Made by a program: the position numbers and the translations under genes. The notes under the pieces are model-generated. The model was not told where the DNA came from and searched no databases. It saw nothing but the letters and a program-made list of their open reading frames with translations. Of a DNA stretch of 64,000 nucleotides, positions 41,001 through 52,900 are shown piece after piece. The DNA is from Tubiluchus corallicola (lineage: Eukaryota; Animalia; Priapulida). The stretch is taken from positions 343,673-407,672 of the forward strand of contig JAQGDQ010000197.1 in NCBI GenBank assembly GCA_030141605.1, written 5' to 3'. The first letter of the stretch is position 1. The number at the start of each line of letters is the position of its first letter.

Positions 41001-41495
41001 TGGGACGACCTCATTTCAACAGTACGTGCACAAAGACAAAAAGAATGCATTAAGAAAACTCAAAGTGCCTCGCTAGATAGGCAGTCCACATTAGAAACAG
41101 ACACTAGTTTTTCCAGTGATCCTAACCTTGTACGTGACACAGACAACACGGTTCAAGTTGCAAGTGCATCAGCTCTGGCTACAGCTGTGGGGTTGCACGC
41201 AGAACCAGGTTTGAAACTTCGCCGTACAGTTTCTCAACCTCCTCTGAACAATTCCGGTTCCTCTCCATTTAACATACAACCTAGTAGCTCAGATACGACG
41301 GACGTTCTTCAGTCTGAAGGGCCAAAGCGCGTCACATTTGAGTGGAAAAATTCTGTTGAACCTCAGACTGTACAATATGTTGAACCGGACCATAAGTACA
41401 CCAGCGTTCCCAGTACGTCTGTTGGGCTAAAGAAACGCAGTTATGGCGCAACAGTGACCAATGGTGACCAAGAGCCATCTGATTCTCCCTCCTGA
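16749..41495 (+). CDS. trp-gamma: TRPC-family (canonical transient receptor potential, TRP-gamma-like) cation channel gene; 13 coding exons per isoform, ~1058 aa; join(16749-16874,18657-18914,24790-25347,28336-28425,29625-29769,30453-30620,30962-31101,32710-32893,33738-33912,[35167-35362 | 35745-35940],38986-39180,39894-40116,40777-41495)
   Basis: Ankyrin repeats ([46 protein letters not shown]), TRPC Zn-binding motif [75 protein letters not shown]4-S5 [12 protein letters not shown]6 [14 protein letters not shown] box [21 protein letters not shown], coiled coil [18 protein letters not shown] and ERRLMKG. All exon phases match and lengths sum to 3177 nt. The TRP-gamma orthology is from remembered motif similarity and needs a phylogeny. 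Confidence 0.93.
18657..18914 (+). CDS. trp-gamma: TRPC coding exon 2 (ankyrin repeats)
   Basis: tttcag|GTG AAG ... GAC GGG|gtaagt; 258 nt, phase 0/0; inside ORF 18510-18923. Confidence 0.93.
19306..19760 (+). mobile_element. Decayed Tc1-family transposase fragment in TRPC intron 2
   Basis: [32 protein letters not shown] and IFMQGGAP...SLDLNPI match Tc1 motifs (FSDESR, FMQDGAP, SPDLNPIE); interrupted by a stop and frameshift. Confidence 0.8.
22337..22397. repeat. (GA)n microsatellite
   Basis: Direct inspection. Confidence 0.97.
24790..25347 (+). CDS. trp-gamma: TRPC coding exon 3 (ankyrin 4, Zn-binding TRP_2 domain, linker helices)
   Basis: ttttgcag|GAA ... AAA AAG|gtgagc; 558 nt, phase 0/0. 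Confidence 0.95.
28336..28425 (+). CDS. trp-gamma: TRPC coding exon 4 ([30 protein letters not shown]), followed by a GC donor
   Basis: ttccag|TTT ... TAT AAG|gcaagt; 90 nt. Only the GC donor keeps frame with exon 5. Confidence 0.9.
28528..28580. repeat. (GCAC)n(CA)n microsatellite
   Basis: Direct inspection. Confidence 0.95.
29625..29769 (+). CDS. trp-gamma: TRPC coding exon 5 (pre-S1 elbow, start of S1)
   Basis: ttttcag|TTA TCC ATG ... TTT TTA T|gtgagt; phase 0/1; contains [17 protein letters not shown]. Confidence 0.93.
30453..30620 (+). CDS. trp-gamma: TRPC coding exon 6 (end of S1, S1-S2 loop, start of S2)
   Basis: ttttgcag|TT TTT TTA ... TTT G|gtaaga; phase 1/1; LILASQRIE ... [11 protein letters not shown]. 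Confidence 0.92.
30962..31101 (+). CDS. trp-gamma: TRPC coding exon 7 (S2-S3: [47 protein letters not shown])
   Basis: ctctcag|GT TTA ... TTC ATG|gtatgt; phase 1/0; translated by hand, not in the ORF track. Confidence 0.93.
32710..32893 (+). CDS. trp-gamma: TRPC coding exon 8 (S3-S4 loop, S4, S4-S5 linker)
   Basis: ctcttag|GTC GAA ... CTA G|gtaatc; phase 0/1; [21 protein letters not shown] ... LGPLQISL. Confidence 0.93.
33738..33912 (+). CDS. trp-gamma: TRPC coding exon 9 (S5 and extracellular turret: [58 protein letters not shown])
   Basis: gttctag|GT CGA ATG ... TTA AA|gtaagt; phase 1/2; translated by hand. Confidence 0.92.
34951..35006. repeat. (TTA)n(GTT)n microsatellite upstream of exon 10a
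   Basis: Direct inspection. Confidence 0.93.
35167..35362 (+). CDS. trp-gamma: TRPC exon 10a (pore helix, selectivity filter, S6), alternative copy A
   Basis: ttccag|C TTG TTC GAG ... ATT GCT|gtaagt; 196 nt, phase 2/0; [65 protein letters not shown]. Confidence 0.93.
35745..35940 (+). CDS. trp-gamma: TRPC exon 10b (pore helix, selectivity filter, S6), alternative copy B
   Basis: tttcag|T TTG TTT GAG ... ATA GCA|gtaagt; 196 nt, phase 2/0; [65 protein letters not shown]. Confidence 0.93.
36276..36505. repeat. ~230-bp intronic inverted repeat (hairpin) downstream of exon 10b
   Basis: cgactgcagagcctaacagtcatcttcagtgtg pairs with cacactgaaggtgactgttagtctctgcagtcg; the outer arms gtattattgaaagaa / ttctttcaataatac also pair. 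Confidence 0.85.
37032..37161. repeat. (AAC/GAC)n degenerate trinucleotide microsatellite
   Basis: Direct inspection. Confidence 0.93.
38986..39180 (+). CDS. trp-gamma: TRPC coding exon 11 (TRP box and proline-rich TRP domain)
   Basis: cttgcag|AAT CAA ... CTC AGA|gtaatt; 195 nt, phase 0/0; [32 protein letters not shown]. Confidence 0.95.
39894..40116 (+). CDS. trp-gamma: TRPC coding exon 12 (rib/connecting helix and coiled coil)
   Basis: ttcacag|AAA TTT GTG ... AAA TCG A|gttagt; phase 0/1; [13 protein letters not shown] ... [19 protein letters not shown]. Confidence 0.9.
40777..41495 (+). CDS. trp-gamma: TRPC terminal coding exon 13 (cytoplasmic Ser/Thr-rich C-terminal tail)
   Basis: Branch-like cactaac upstream, then tttcag|CA ATG AAC; phase 1 matches exon 12; [15 protein letters not shown] resembles the insect TRP/TRP-gamma tail; 238-aa open frame to TGA. 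Confidence 0.88.
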
Positions 41496-42125
41496 CAATC
41501 AGTGAAATTTAAGACTCATGCTGTCTTTCTTTGACAGTTTTGCTTCTATGACTAGCAAATTATATATTTTGTAGGCACTTTGTGCCATATTGTAAATACT
41601 TAATTAATTATACAAATATTATATAAACTAATTTAAATAATAAACCTTTTCAAAGTCTTGCCATTACTTAGAAGTTTCAGTGTCAGTGTCTAGTAAATCT
41701 CGACAATATATGCTAGATTTAATGTATCTATTGCTGTCCTGCATATATGATGAGTTTTGAAAACTTCGAATAGTAATGCCTGCATTCAGCTTATTTCTTA
41801 TTCTGTGCTTTACTACAGTTTGTCTGCATTTCAGTACATGCATTATTCCCACTGCCTTCTGTATCGTTACTAGGCAGTTGTCTATTCCTGCTTTACGATT
41901 TCATCATATTTGTCACAAAAGTTGTATCCAACTACGCTTCTCTGTTATGTATGGTGTGAGCTTGGTTTCATTATTTTATGTGGCAAGCAGTAATGTTGCC
42001 TCTCAAACTCAAAATAAAAAATCATAAAAAATGATCAAACTGCATTAGTAGATTTGCCTTACGAACATAAAAAGACTTCCAAACAAGAATTACATGCTAG
42101 TTTATACCAATAAAATAAATAACTT
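41496..42125 (+). other. Probable 3'UTR of the TRPC gene with candidate AATAAA signals (~41638, ~42012, ~42108)
   Basis: AT-rich sequence after the stop codon with several AATAAA hexamers; the true 3' end cannot be determined from sequence. Confidence 0.4.
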
Positions 42126-45100
42126 TTTATTTGGGGAATTTAAAAACATAAAAGTAATTATAACCAATATTTATCTCTGTTTTTCGCTCCACGTAATGTT
42201 TACAAACTATAATGTTTATAAGCGGTTTTTAAATGTTTCCTAAACCTCTGACGGTTGGTTAAATAATTATAGTTAACATATTTTGTGTTAGGTCAACTGC
42301 AGTATGTACAGAATGTTTGCTGTAGGGCTAAGAAGCACAAGCCTATTATAAAGCGATATATTATTTTAAAGAATTATTCATTACGATGTAATATTTTATC
42401 TGTGATACAAAGCAAAATTCGTTATCTGTTTATTTTGTTGTTTTGTAAGATATGAATTGTTTGTTGTTATGGATTTACAGATTAAATCATGAATCTTGCA
42501 TTAATGACTGAATGTATGATTTGCAATGAACTACAATTTGAGCTAACTGTGAAAAAAATTTGAGGTTACTACACAATTGAAGCTTGAGCTAAGGAAAATG
42601 GCAAACATGCTGTTTTGTTGTCATCTGACGTTAATTCGATTTACTGGTTTTTAGCAGTGAGTCTCCTAATGCTGACCTAATATTATTTGACAAATTCCAA
42701 ATAAAAATCATTATTTTTATTCCTTCTTTCTTCCCATCATTCGCCATTTACTTATACCGTTCATTCATTCATTTGTTCTGAATGTATGCCTGTTTATTGA
42801 TTGATTATTTAGCGCCTTCGTGCAAAAGCTTACTGGTCTGACTTCAGAAATTTTTTTCTGATATAGGCTTGTAATAACAATATTATTACAATAATGTATA
42901 ATTTTCCTATGAATGTGCAAACCCAATAATTGTACATGCGTTTAAGATGTGTGTACAAGAACAAGCTTATATAGAGAACAGTTTTATTAACACCAAAAAT
43001 TATTATTGTTTTTCTGTATCCTGTGCCAATGAAGCATTGCTTTGGAATAAATTACCATTATTTATTTTCAAGTGATCTAAATGCAAATTAAAATAATTAG
43101 AACCCATCCTAGATCATTACGTCCATGTGTATGTGCACAAAGTTCATATGTTAACGCTTGCTCGCCTCAACATGACCAATAATAATAATTATTAAAATGG
43201 ATTTTTTCAGTATAGACTTGTTTACGTTGTTTATTATGAATGTTTGACATAATTATTAATCGCTACATACTTTACGCTGTAGCTCTATTTATCTCTCAAT
43301 GAAATTTTGCTGAAAGTGAAGTTGAATCAAAAGGACTACACGCCTTTTTTGACCGTGATTTAGTTGTTATACGCTACTGTTGAGTACTGTTTAGGCTGTA
43401 GCTTGCTAGTGTGTAGAAAAAAGTAACGTAGTAAAGTCAGTAAAGCAAGGGCTTTTGTGGCACTATCAGTAGGTGAACTCCCAAGGTTAAATTGCTTCAC
43501 CTACCTTTAGGGTATCTAGATTTTACTTGTAGCTAAAACCAGTATTTCTCAGTATTCGGAGTAGGGAGGGATATTATGTCACTACCGTGATTATGGCAGT
43601 AAATGGGATTTTGCAAGTAAATTCATTAACATTTAATGTATTGGACGCCGGGCCGGCTCTTCCACTAGGCAAAGTAAGCAGTGGCCTAGGGCGCCTAGAT
43701 TATACATTACAATATTTTCTACATTATTTCATGCCAATATGTATGATTCATCCACGATAACATGGAATTGTCTTCCTGCAATAAGCGCTTTCTCCTTTTT
43801 CTTTATCAGGTTTCCATAGATTTACGCCTGATTGCACTACTTTTGTTCATAATTTATATTATATGCAACTATGCTTTGAGTAACAGTTTCTTTCAAAGCA
43901 TTTATCTAATTACGACACAAACTTGTGAGAAATAGAAGTTTTCAGCCTTCAAGAATTAATGCAGGAAGCTAACGTACAGAGCTGGAGGACATTCAATTAT
44001 TTGAACAGTAGAAAGATGCGCCATGAAGTGTTTGTAACCGACGAGAGTGGTTGTGATGATTATTAAAATAATGAAATGGAAATGCTAGAAAAAAGAATTA
44101 GGGATTTAGAAATTTTCAGACGATTGACACTGTAATAGCTGTAATTGAAACCTTTACATTATATTTACTATATAAACTTAACAGGTTAACACCCGGGTAA
44201 TATGATAACATATATACAACAAAACAATTTTAAGGGTGGGGGCCGTAGGAAAGCTAAGTTTACCAATAGGCTAACTAGGCTGCAGGCTAGAACGGGGAAA
44301 ATTTGATGGGCACCAGAATTTAAGGGTTTAGTGTTGAAAATTCTTATTCTCCTCGGAAAATGCATATGCGTTCATATTCATTTAACACATATTTTATAAC
44401 ACCCACAAGCAGTTGCTAAAGCACATTTTATATAAGAGCCCATATATGTGTGTAATGTATTGGCAATAAATTTGTAATAATGTTATTATTATAATGTTCA
44501 AAGCTAGGTACAGACCCTGTACAAACAAGCAGATTACTTCTGTTACATAAAAGGTGCTATGCGTAATTGTGCAGCCTGCTTAGATTAGCTATATCAGTTT
44601 TTGCTTCCTCTCACTAATAAAAAAAAACTCAACAAAATTCTTATTATTGACTTAAAGAAATAACGTTCGCTCTACATTCGCATGTTTATCATTCATTATA
44701 TGCAATACATTCGATTTTAATGAATAAGGAAAACTTAATAGCTGTGAAGTAATATGGCCTGTGAAGTAATACATGACAACGCAACACCTGCGTGGGCAAA
44801 AAAGGTTACTTTGACTGGCACAGATTTTGACGTTCAAAACTACAAGTTTTGCTAATTCGTCTCAAATTGTATATCTTACAGACAAGAACAACCCAATCAA
44901 CAGACTAGTGAAACCTTGCAAAAACATTTTGAACTATGTGAAATTACAAATGTTCTTAGACTCATCCAGTGATGATCATTAATGCACCAACATTTTACAT
45001 AGTCTTTGAAAGCTACTATTTTAACCATGTTTACTGGTTGCAGCAATAATAACACCCAGCAGTCAGAGTACAATGCAATGCGCCATCAATTTTCCAAGCG

Positions 45101-45587
45101 AGAGTCTTTCGAAATGGAATCTCCAATCAACTCGCAGCCGCCCTTCCTGGTGGAGGCGTCCTTAAAAGAGACCTACATCATCCTGTAGACCAGTTCTTTC
45201 TTTTGCCAAAGAGCCATATATCTCCTTCCTAGAGTCTCATCAGGCGCAGTGAGAACGTTTTTCTGCACAGTTTTCAGTTAAAAGTTTAAAAAAATCCGGC
45301 GTTGGGTCCGGGAAAACGCCCGTTACGGGAAACCGCGACTCCCGCGAATTCTAAATACACCTGGTACACCCACCGTATCCAACCATTGCCAGCACTACCC
45401 CGGCCCGTTCCCGATGTCTAGAAATAAGAGGTTACGAAACGAATTTTCATTAAGGAATCAGTTATAGCCAACAACATGCTATGTTTCAGGTAATGCTCTT
45501 CCATCGGTTCCTTTAAGCAATTCATCAATTTTTCCAAGAAACTGTTGCTTTCTAATATTAGCTAAGAAACTGCGGCTCACACTAAGC

Positions 45588-46086
45588 CAGGGGTGTGCAA
45601 ATTATCTGACTAGCCGGGCCACATTAAACTTTCCCGCAATTCCTGCGGGCCACAGGCAGTTTGATCAAGGAGCCAAGTACAGAAAGGCCTAATAACGATT
45701 TTTTGCATCCGACCTGCGTACATCATTACTATTACACTCAGGAACCTATCTTAGTAGTTATTAAAATTTATATTACAAACCATATATTTATACTTTCACT
45801 ACAGATAGTGGTAATTTCATTACAATGTATATTAGTAATGTGTATCACACAGTCTGTATAGTACAGTGTTATTAAGCTACAACCGTCTTGTAAGGGTTAA
45901 TGGCATCCGATCTAGTAGAAAAAACTACCCGCACTATCTTTGGGTTCGTGGCACGGACTTCAGCTGGATACACTCAATTAATCGCCCGGGCTGCACTTTC
46001 ATTAGGTTGACAAATCTCTTCGCAGGCCGCACAAATTCACTCGGTGGGCCGCAAGTGGCCCGCGGGCCGCAATTTGCACACCCCTG
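45588..46086. mobile_element. Intact 499-bp non-autonomous hAT (Charlie-like) MITE
   Basis: Perfect 16-bp TIR CAGGGGTGTGCAAATT / AATTTGCACACCCCTG; perfect 8-bp TSD CACTAAGC at 45580-45587 and 46087-46094; subterminal GCGGGCC motifs. Confidence 0.93.
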
Positions 46087-47568
46087 CACTAAGCCCTATG
46101 GCGTCACTGACACGTCACGATCATATTTCTTGGAGTTCCAGTGTTGGTTACCAACAAATGTAATAAACATACTAAACCTCATTTACGATTGTTTGGTTTG
46201 TCTTTTGACAAAACATACCGTATTTTCTTCATCGATGCATTTTGCATTTTTGCTATTACTAACTCTTACCAATGATTGAATGAAAGTTTTCTGTCATTCT
46301 GATTTTCAAATTTTTGGATCATTTCCTAATTTTTAAAATTTAATCACTTATATATAAATTAATTACATGATTTTGTAGAATTCTGATTGGAGCTTGTTTT
46401 AATTTGCACTTGAGATATCTTATTCTACCCCACTAAAGGACCAGAGGGCTTACTGTAGCCATGAGCCTCACGATACCAAGAGTAAAACAAACCCTTGGTA
46501 TACTCTCGCAAAAATACCCTAATATCTCGTGTAGTACGCTCACCTCATGGAAACACTTACCAGTTACCAGCACCACCAACGAGATTTTGCTAAATTGTTG
46601 TATTTTCATTAAAAACAATCGAAAACATGCGCCATATGTGCCCGTTTCCAAAATGACCAATTTTTCCACGGGATAACATTCCCAACCCTAGAATATCTCG
46701 GCAATATTATTGTTATCTTAGTGACACACGCGGATCATACAGTGTACTAAGAACAGAATAACATCATAATGTCAGGCAAACAAGCTGCAATTCCATAAAC
46801 ATAAAGGCGCGTGCACGCACGCAAGCTAAATGGTTACTCTGGTGTGAATGTGAAAAAGGCTAAAATTCATATTTAGCCAAAAGAGGGCCCGAGGACGACG
46901 AATATGCAAAGAAAAACTTGCGAAACACACGCGCACACGCACACACACATTCACACAAATGGACTGGAAAATACCAAATAGTAATTTACAACAACGATTA
47001 TAGATTGATGACGTTATATTTAAAGGAGAAGAGAATTTTAAAGTATGCCACCAAAAAACTTTCCACACAAAGTTATATTACTTTCCACTACATTTACCTG
47101 CCGGACTTATGTAACTAGAAAAGAAAATTCTGAGTAATTTAAAATGTTTGCGCTAACTGGTAAAATGCCACTGTCTCACCTTTTCAGGGTGTACTGCTTG
47201 CTCACCAAAAAACACATTATTGATCTTATTGACAAGATAAAATAATTTAAACTTTCCTTAATTAGCGAAGAGTCTGCTAAGAGTACTCTGTTTTTTCAAA
47301 CTCTACGCTATGTTACCTAAACTTGTTTCAAGCGACTTACCGTTAAAATGGCTGCGGCTAACGGTCATCGCGGGAGTTTAAATTTACAAGTTTTATACAG
47401 AGCTACTACTAACGCAATAAGCCATCATGTATGTGATATAAAATATCAAGACAATTTTTTTATTATTATTAATAAATAAATCTCGTTTATTTACAAATTA
47501 ATCAAAACTTTCCATTTGCAAGGCACGTGGACAAAAGAGAGAGGAACAGGGTGATAGATGGAGAAAGG

Positions 47569-47868
<300 letters not shown>

Positions 47869-47889
47869 GAAACTGTTGTGCATAAAATA

Positions 47890-48705
47890 AACAATTTTTC
47901 AAAAATAACAATGATCGTACATAATCGTACCTAAAAATAACGTTGGTTTTCACATATCCTTCACAGATAATCTTGTAACCACACATTAAGAACATTAATA
48001 TCTAGTTTTTTATCATTATGTTACCAAACCTCAAAGATAAGCCATACTTTCTTCTTAAGTGACAATGACAATCGTTAGTTAAATACAACGTTAATTGAAT
48101 ATTGTCGATGCTTGAATTTTGAATTTTCTTTAAAAAATTTAATTTTCTACAATCAGTTAGAACGTTTGCAGGCGTGCTACCACGGTAATGCATTAAAACC
48201 TTGACACACTCATTACTATTCTTCCTATGAAAAATCTTCCTATAGGCTATGTTCCAGCAAACTTTTTAAATATTTTCTTGAATATAACAATATGAATTTA
48301 TCAGCGTTTTGGACACCATTTCATTACATCTCCTTCCTAGAGTTGACAATAACGAGTGAAACAATGCATAAAATTTGCTTTTATTTATAGCAATGTCCAT
48401 TTTAAAAATTTTATAAGATTTTATATCAATTCCTAAGTATTTTACCTTCTCCTTCTAAATCAATGTTTTACCATAAAAAAATATTTTACCAACCCTATGA
48501 CCCCACATTATCTATATAACTACCAAGTTTTACAAGGATTAAATGTAATAGACCCAGTCTGACCATACATTTCATAGATTTTCAACATTTTCTTAAGATG
48601 ATTATGTGAACCAGCCATTAGGGCAATATCATCGTCAAACATGACTGATCCAAAGAAGTTTCACCAACATGACACCCCAAACCTGATTCACGCAGTCGCT
48701 TATTA
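47890..48705 (-). mobile_element. Decayed non-LTR retrotransposon RT fragment flanked by (AAT)n tracts
   Basis: Minus strand translates, with a frameshift, to LRESGLGCHVG...FGSVMFDDDIALMAGSHNHLKKMLKIYEMY...ITFNPCKT and KVKYLGI, i.e. the RT YADD region and the following motifs. Confidence 0.65.
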
Positions 48706-48715
48706 TAATATTGAA

Positions 48716-48985
<270 letters not shown>

Positions 48986-49996
48986 TTTCAGAAAGGGTGA
49001 GTGAAAGAGAGGGGGAGCAGAAAGACAGAGAGAGAAAGAAGAACGGAAGAACCGCAGAACGAAAAACGAACCTTACGTAGATGTACAAAACACATGATAC
49101 GATACAGTAACTATGTAAATACAGCTGGTTGTTGCTTAATACCTTACTGAAAAACTCGTCCTAGGCTCACTGTACAGTAACGAAGCGTACGAAACTAGAC
49201 ACAATATTCTGTATACAAATTCTGCAAAGAACTGAACGAGTGGGCAACGACGTCAAGTTTTTGTTTGTTTGAAATGGACTGTCGGAAGCCAAGAGACCCC
49301 GTATAAAAGCAGCGAGCACACCATTACAAAGCATTTTTATTGAGCGTTCCATTGTGTGAAACACGTGAAGTTTGTGGCGTAGGCCTATTTACGAACATTA
49401 GCAAAACATTGGTAGCCACGATCAGATAATTTTTGTTTATAACAGTGAATACTTTTGAATGTTACCAACATCTGAGTAAACTTGTGCAACTTGAGTAAAC
49501 GTGAGTACACTTTATATTTATTACTTACTATGAAGAAAATTATTTTAGTACTCGCGTAACATCGCGGACAATAGCGGTTAATTTCGATAATCATTTTCGG
49601 GTTACTGAGTTTAAAAGTCAGAAAAAAATCTTATGCCATTGTTATCTTTAGATATCGACAGGAAGCACTTCAGTTCATATAGTATTGGTAATGCACACGG
49701 CTGTGCAAAAATGACTAAATTTTCGCCATGTTTGCAAGCTACTGTTACTGTATGATTTTGTTATATGCAAGCCAGTCATCTACGATTGGTGATTTTTTTC
49801 GATTTTTTGCTTTGAAGCCTTCATATAATTTTTAAAAATTTAGTTTTCTCAGCACTATTACAATTTTGCAGCTGTTAATTTTTCAGCTAGTTTTTTTTCG
49901 CCAGAATTACGATTATTTTTAGGTAGAGATTTGAAGCCCTGGCGCAAACACCTACAAGTTAAAACATGATGCGGTAGTTTAATAGTGCCGCTGTAC

Positions 49997-52900
49997 TGCA
50001 AGTTAACTGTTTTCTTTGCCAAGTGACTAAACATTCGCATTACATCAGTTGGCACAAAATACGTGCCAAAGTTTAGAATATATGCCGACGATATTATAAG
50101 AAGAAAAAAAACAAAATCATTTGAAAATTATCACACTGATGTTGCATACGGAGTTTTACATCAGCAATTCAAAAAGTAAATCGAGACCGCCCGATATGCT
50201 TAACTATGCTTGATTACTGCTTTAAATTTAGGAAGCTCTTAATAGTTAGATAACATTTTCCCTTTAAAACTTGGGCAGATGCTTCATTTTGTCTCATGTC
50301 TTCGATCATTAACTATTTTTACTGTGCAGCTAATGCATTTTAATAAAACAAAATTAAACTTCAGATTCAAACTGCCAATTTGAAATAATTATATGGGATA
50401 TGTATGCCAGTAATTTATAGGCCTATGTATCCATTTTGAAGAGGTTGCGCACTCGCGCTCATCGAGTTGTAGAGACAGTTTCCACAAATGCATCAGAACT
50501 GGAAAAGAAATCTATACAAATCTCGCTGTTGTGACAAAACATTAGCCAAAATTTTGCCAAAGAAGAAGAAAGAAGAAATAAATACTGTATCAAAATTAAA
50601 TCTGTAATTTGTAATGACATATTATTTTGTGCACTTGGTAAGAATCATCATATATGTCAACCATATTAATCATAATTTATTTATGTAATTTTTCTCATGT
50701 TTTTATTATTTGGGCTTCGCTTCTACCTAATCAAATTAAGCAGTAAATGTAATAATTAAAATGTTTGCATAATTTTAGCATAGGGACGGGACAGGCCTAA
50801 CACACCGCCATAATAATACGCCGGTTAAGAAGGGAGTAAGCAATATAGAACGAAGTTAAATAATTCGACTTTAAACTTGAAATTATTTTCTGTGGTTGAT
50901 TCTCTGTTAAAACTTTACACCGCATTTTGTATTGAATTGTTCTGTTTTATATAATAATCAATTGTTTCTTTTCCAACTTTATTAACTTTATTTATCATTG
51001 CATTTTAGCTCCTTAACGTCGTTATTGAATACATGGATGAGGGAGTTCTGGTAACGAAAAATTTATGTATCATACTAAACCACAAATAAAAATCGTATGA
51101 CTGTATTCCATCGCCATAATAAATTACGAAGAATATCAGTTCTTTATCATTCTGTTGGAAACTCATTTACAGAAAATACCCTGTTCAAATTGTGCAATTT
51201 ATCAATGAATCTTATTTATTTAATTTTTGCTTTTAGGCGCCATTCCAGTTTTCCAGTGGACGGTCATCAAATTCCTGCCCTTGTATAGATAAAACGGGAA
51301 AAAAGGAGAACGAAAATAGCAGATCCTGATATTTCAAGGAAACGTGTTCGGTTGCCATTGTCCAATAAACGAATGATACATCAAATATGAGTTTATGTAC
51401 AAAAGTCTGGTTTATATTTGACTAAATACACAAATCTTAATTTTTCTCGTAAAGAATGTTCATTTACATTAAACTTTTGATTTATTTTCTCTGCTTCGAG
51501 GTTGAAGTATGCTAGGTAGTTTAGCTGAAGAGTTTTTAAACACGTTTGCATATTAACACAAACGTTTCTTTCCAGTAGAAGATGCGGCAAATGCACAGTT
51601 ACGGTCGTAGATGGGAAGCAGGTCCTAAGAGGCTGCATCGGGCGCAGAAACAGGATTCAAGGGCGACGTCGGCACTACAAGAGGTAAAACTGCCTGTGGG
51701 ATCAGGAGAATCCGATACCAGCTTCACAACCTTGAGTGACGAGGTAAGTGAGACATTAGAGATGCCGTGGCATCCCTTATCATACGTGATGATAATTATT
51801 AACTTTCTGATGTCTTCACGCTGAGAAAATGTCCGGGGTATCTCTAGATTTGTAGTGGTTCAATTATAAGTTAGGGCCCTTTCACATTATTTTTGAAACA
51901 AATGTAGGATCATATATGAGAATATTTAGCAGTTTTCCAATAATGGAGAAATGCGCTGTGCCATCATTATGAACGGCCATGAAAAATACAAGTTTATAAT
52001 ATTACGTGAATAAAGTTATGCTTACTTTAGTGATTCTGACAATACCTTCTGACAAGTGCTAGATGTTTTAGGTAAATATATGCAGCGTACAGCAACAGAT
52101 TTTCAATGTTCATTATGAGAATTCCATAAACCAACATTGCATGAATTTTTGTAATTTTTAATAGTAATCAGATTTTTGCGATCTTTTCTTTTATTATTAA
52201 TAATTCAGTTATATAAATTATGCTTCTTAAATAACTGCACATCTGTATTTTTGACATTAATTCGTTTCTAAAATTCGTTTAAAGTCTTTGCAATGCATAC
52301 TAGTGTGATGAGTGATGACTCATACTTGTATAACAGTAATGTACTAAACCCCCATTGACCCAAGAAGTGAGTCTATTAAGTAGCGCCTACTGTATTATCA
52401 ATTTTTATTGTTATCAATATGGTACTATTTTCTCTTTTTTATCATTACTCCTAATAAAAAATGAGTGTTTAGCAAATAGACAAAAAGATATTAAATATTT
52501 CAGGCATTGTTATGCTTCATTTTATCTCCCTTTTCACTTCATTAATACATCATTTTTTGTCTCATCACATTGTTTTTTCAGTTATTTGTCTTCAGTAGTT
52601 TTTTGTCTAACACAGCCAAACGCGCTGACATTGTCTTTTGAAAACTAATTTAACTTTAATATGTGCAGAAAACATCTTGCTATTGGCTGTAACGGTGGTT
52701 GTCCTGTTGTAGCTAAATGTTCTATAACAACTGTCGCATATTGTAGTTACGTAGTGTTTTGCTAATCATTTTGCAAGGTATTTCGAAACTCTCAAATGCT
52801 TACAAAGAGATTAATTGTTTTATTTGTGTTAGCAATTTGGTCACCATTTATTTTCTATTAATGTTCAACCTTGATAATTATTTTTAGATTCAAATCAATG

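Noticed and set aside
51577-51690. Alternative frame RRCGKCTVTVVDGKQVLRGC, resembling a 2Fe-2S or LU-domain motif
   Set aside because: It hits a stop before the donor site, and no other part of such a domain is visible nearby.
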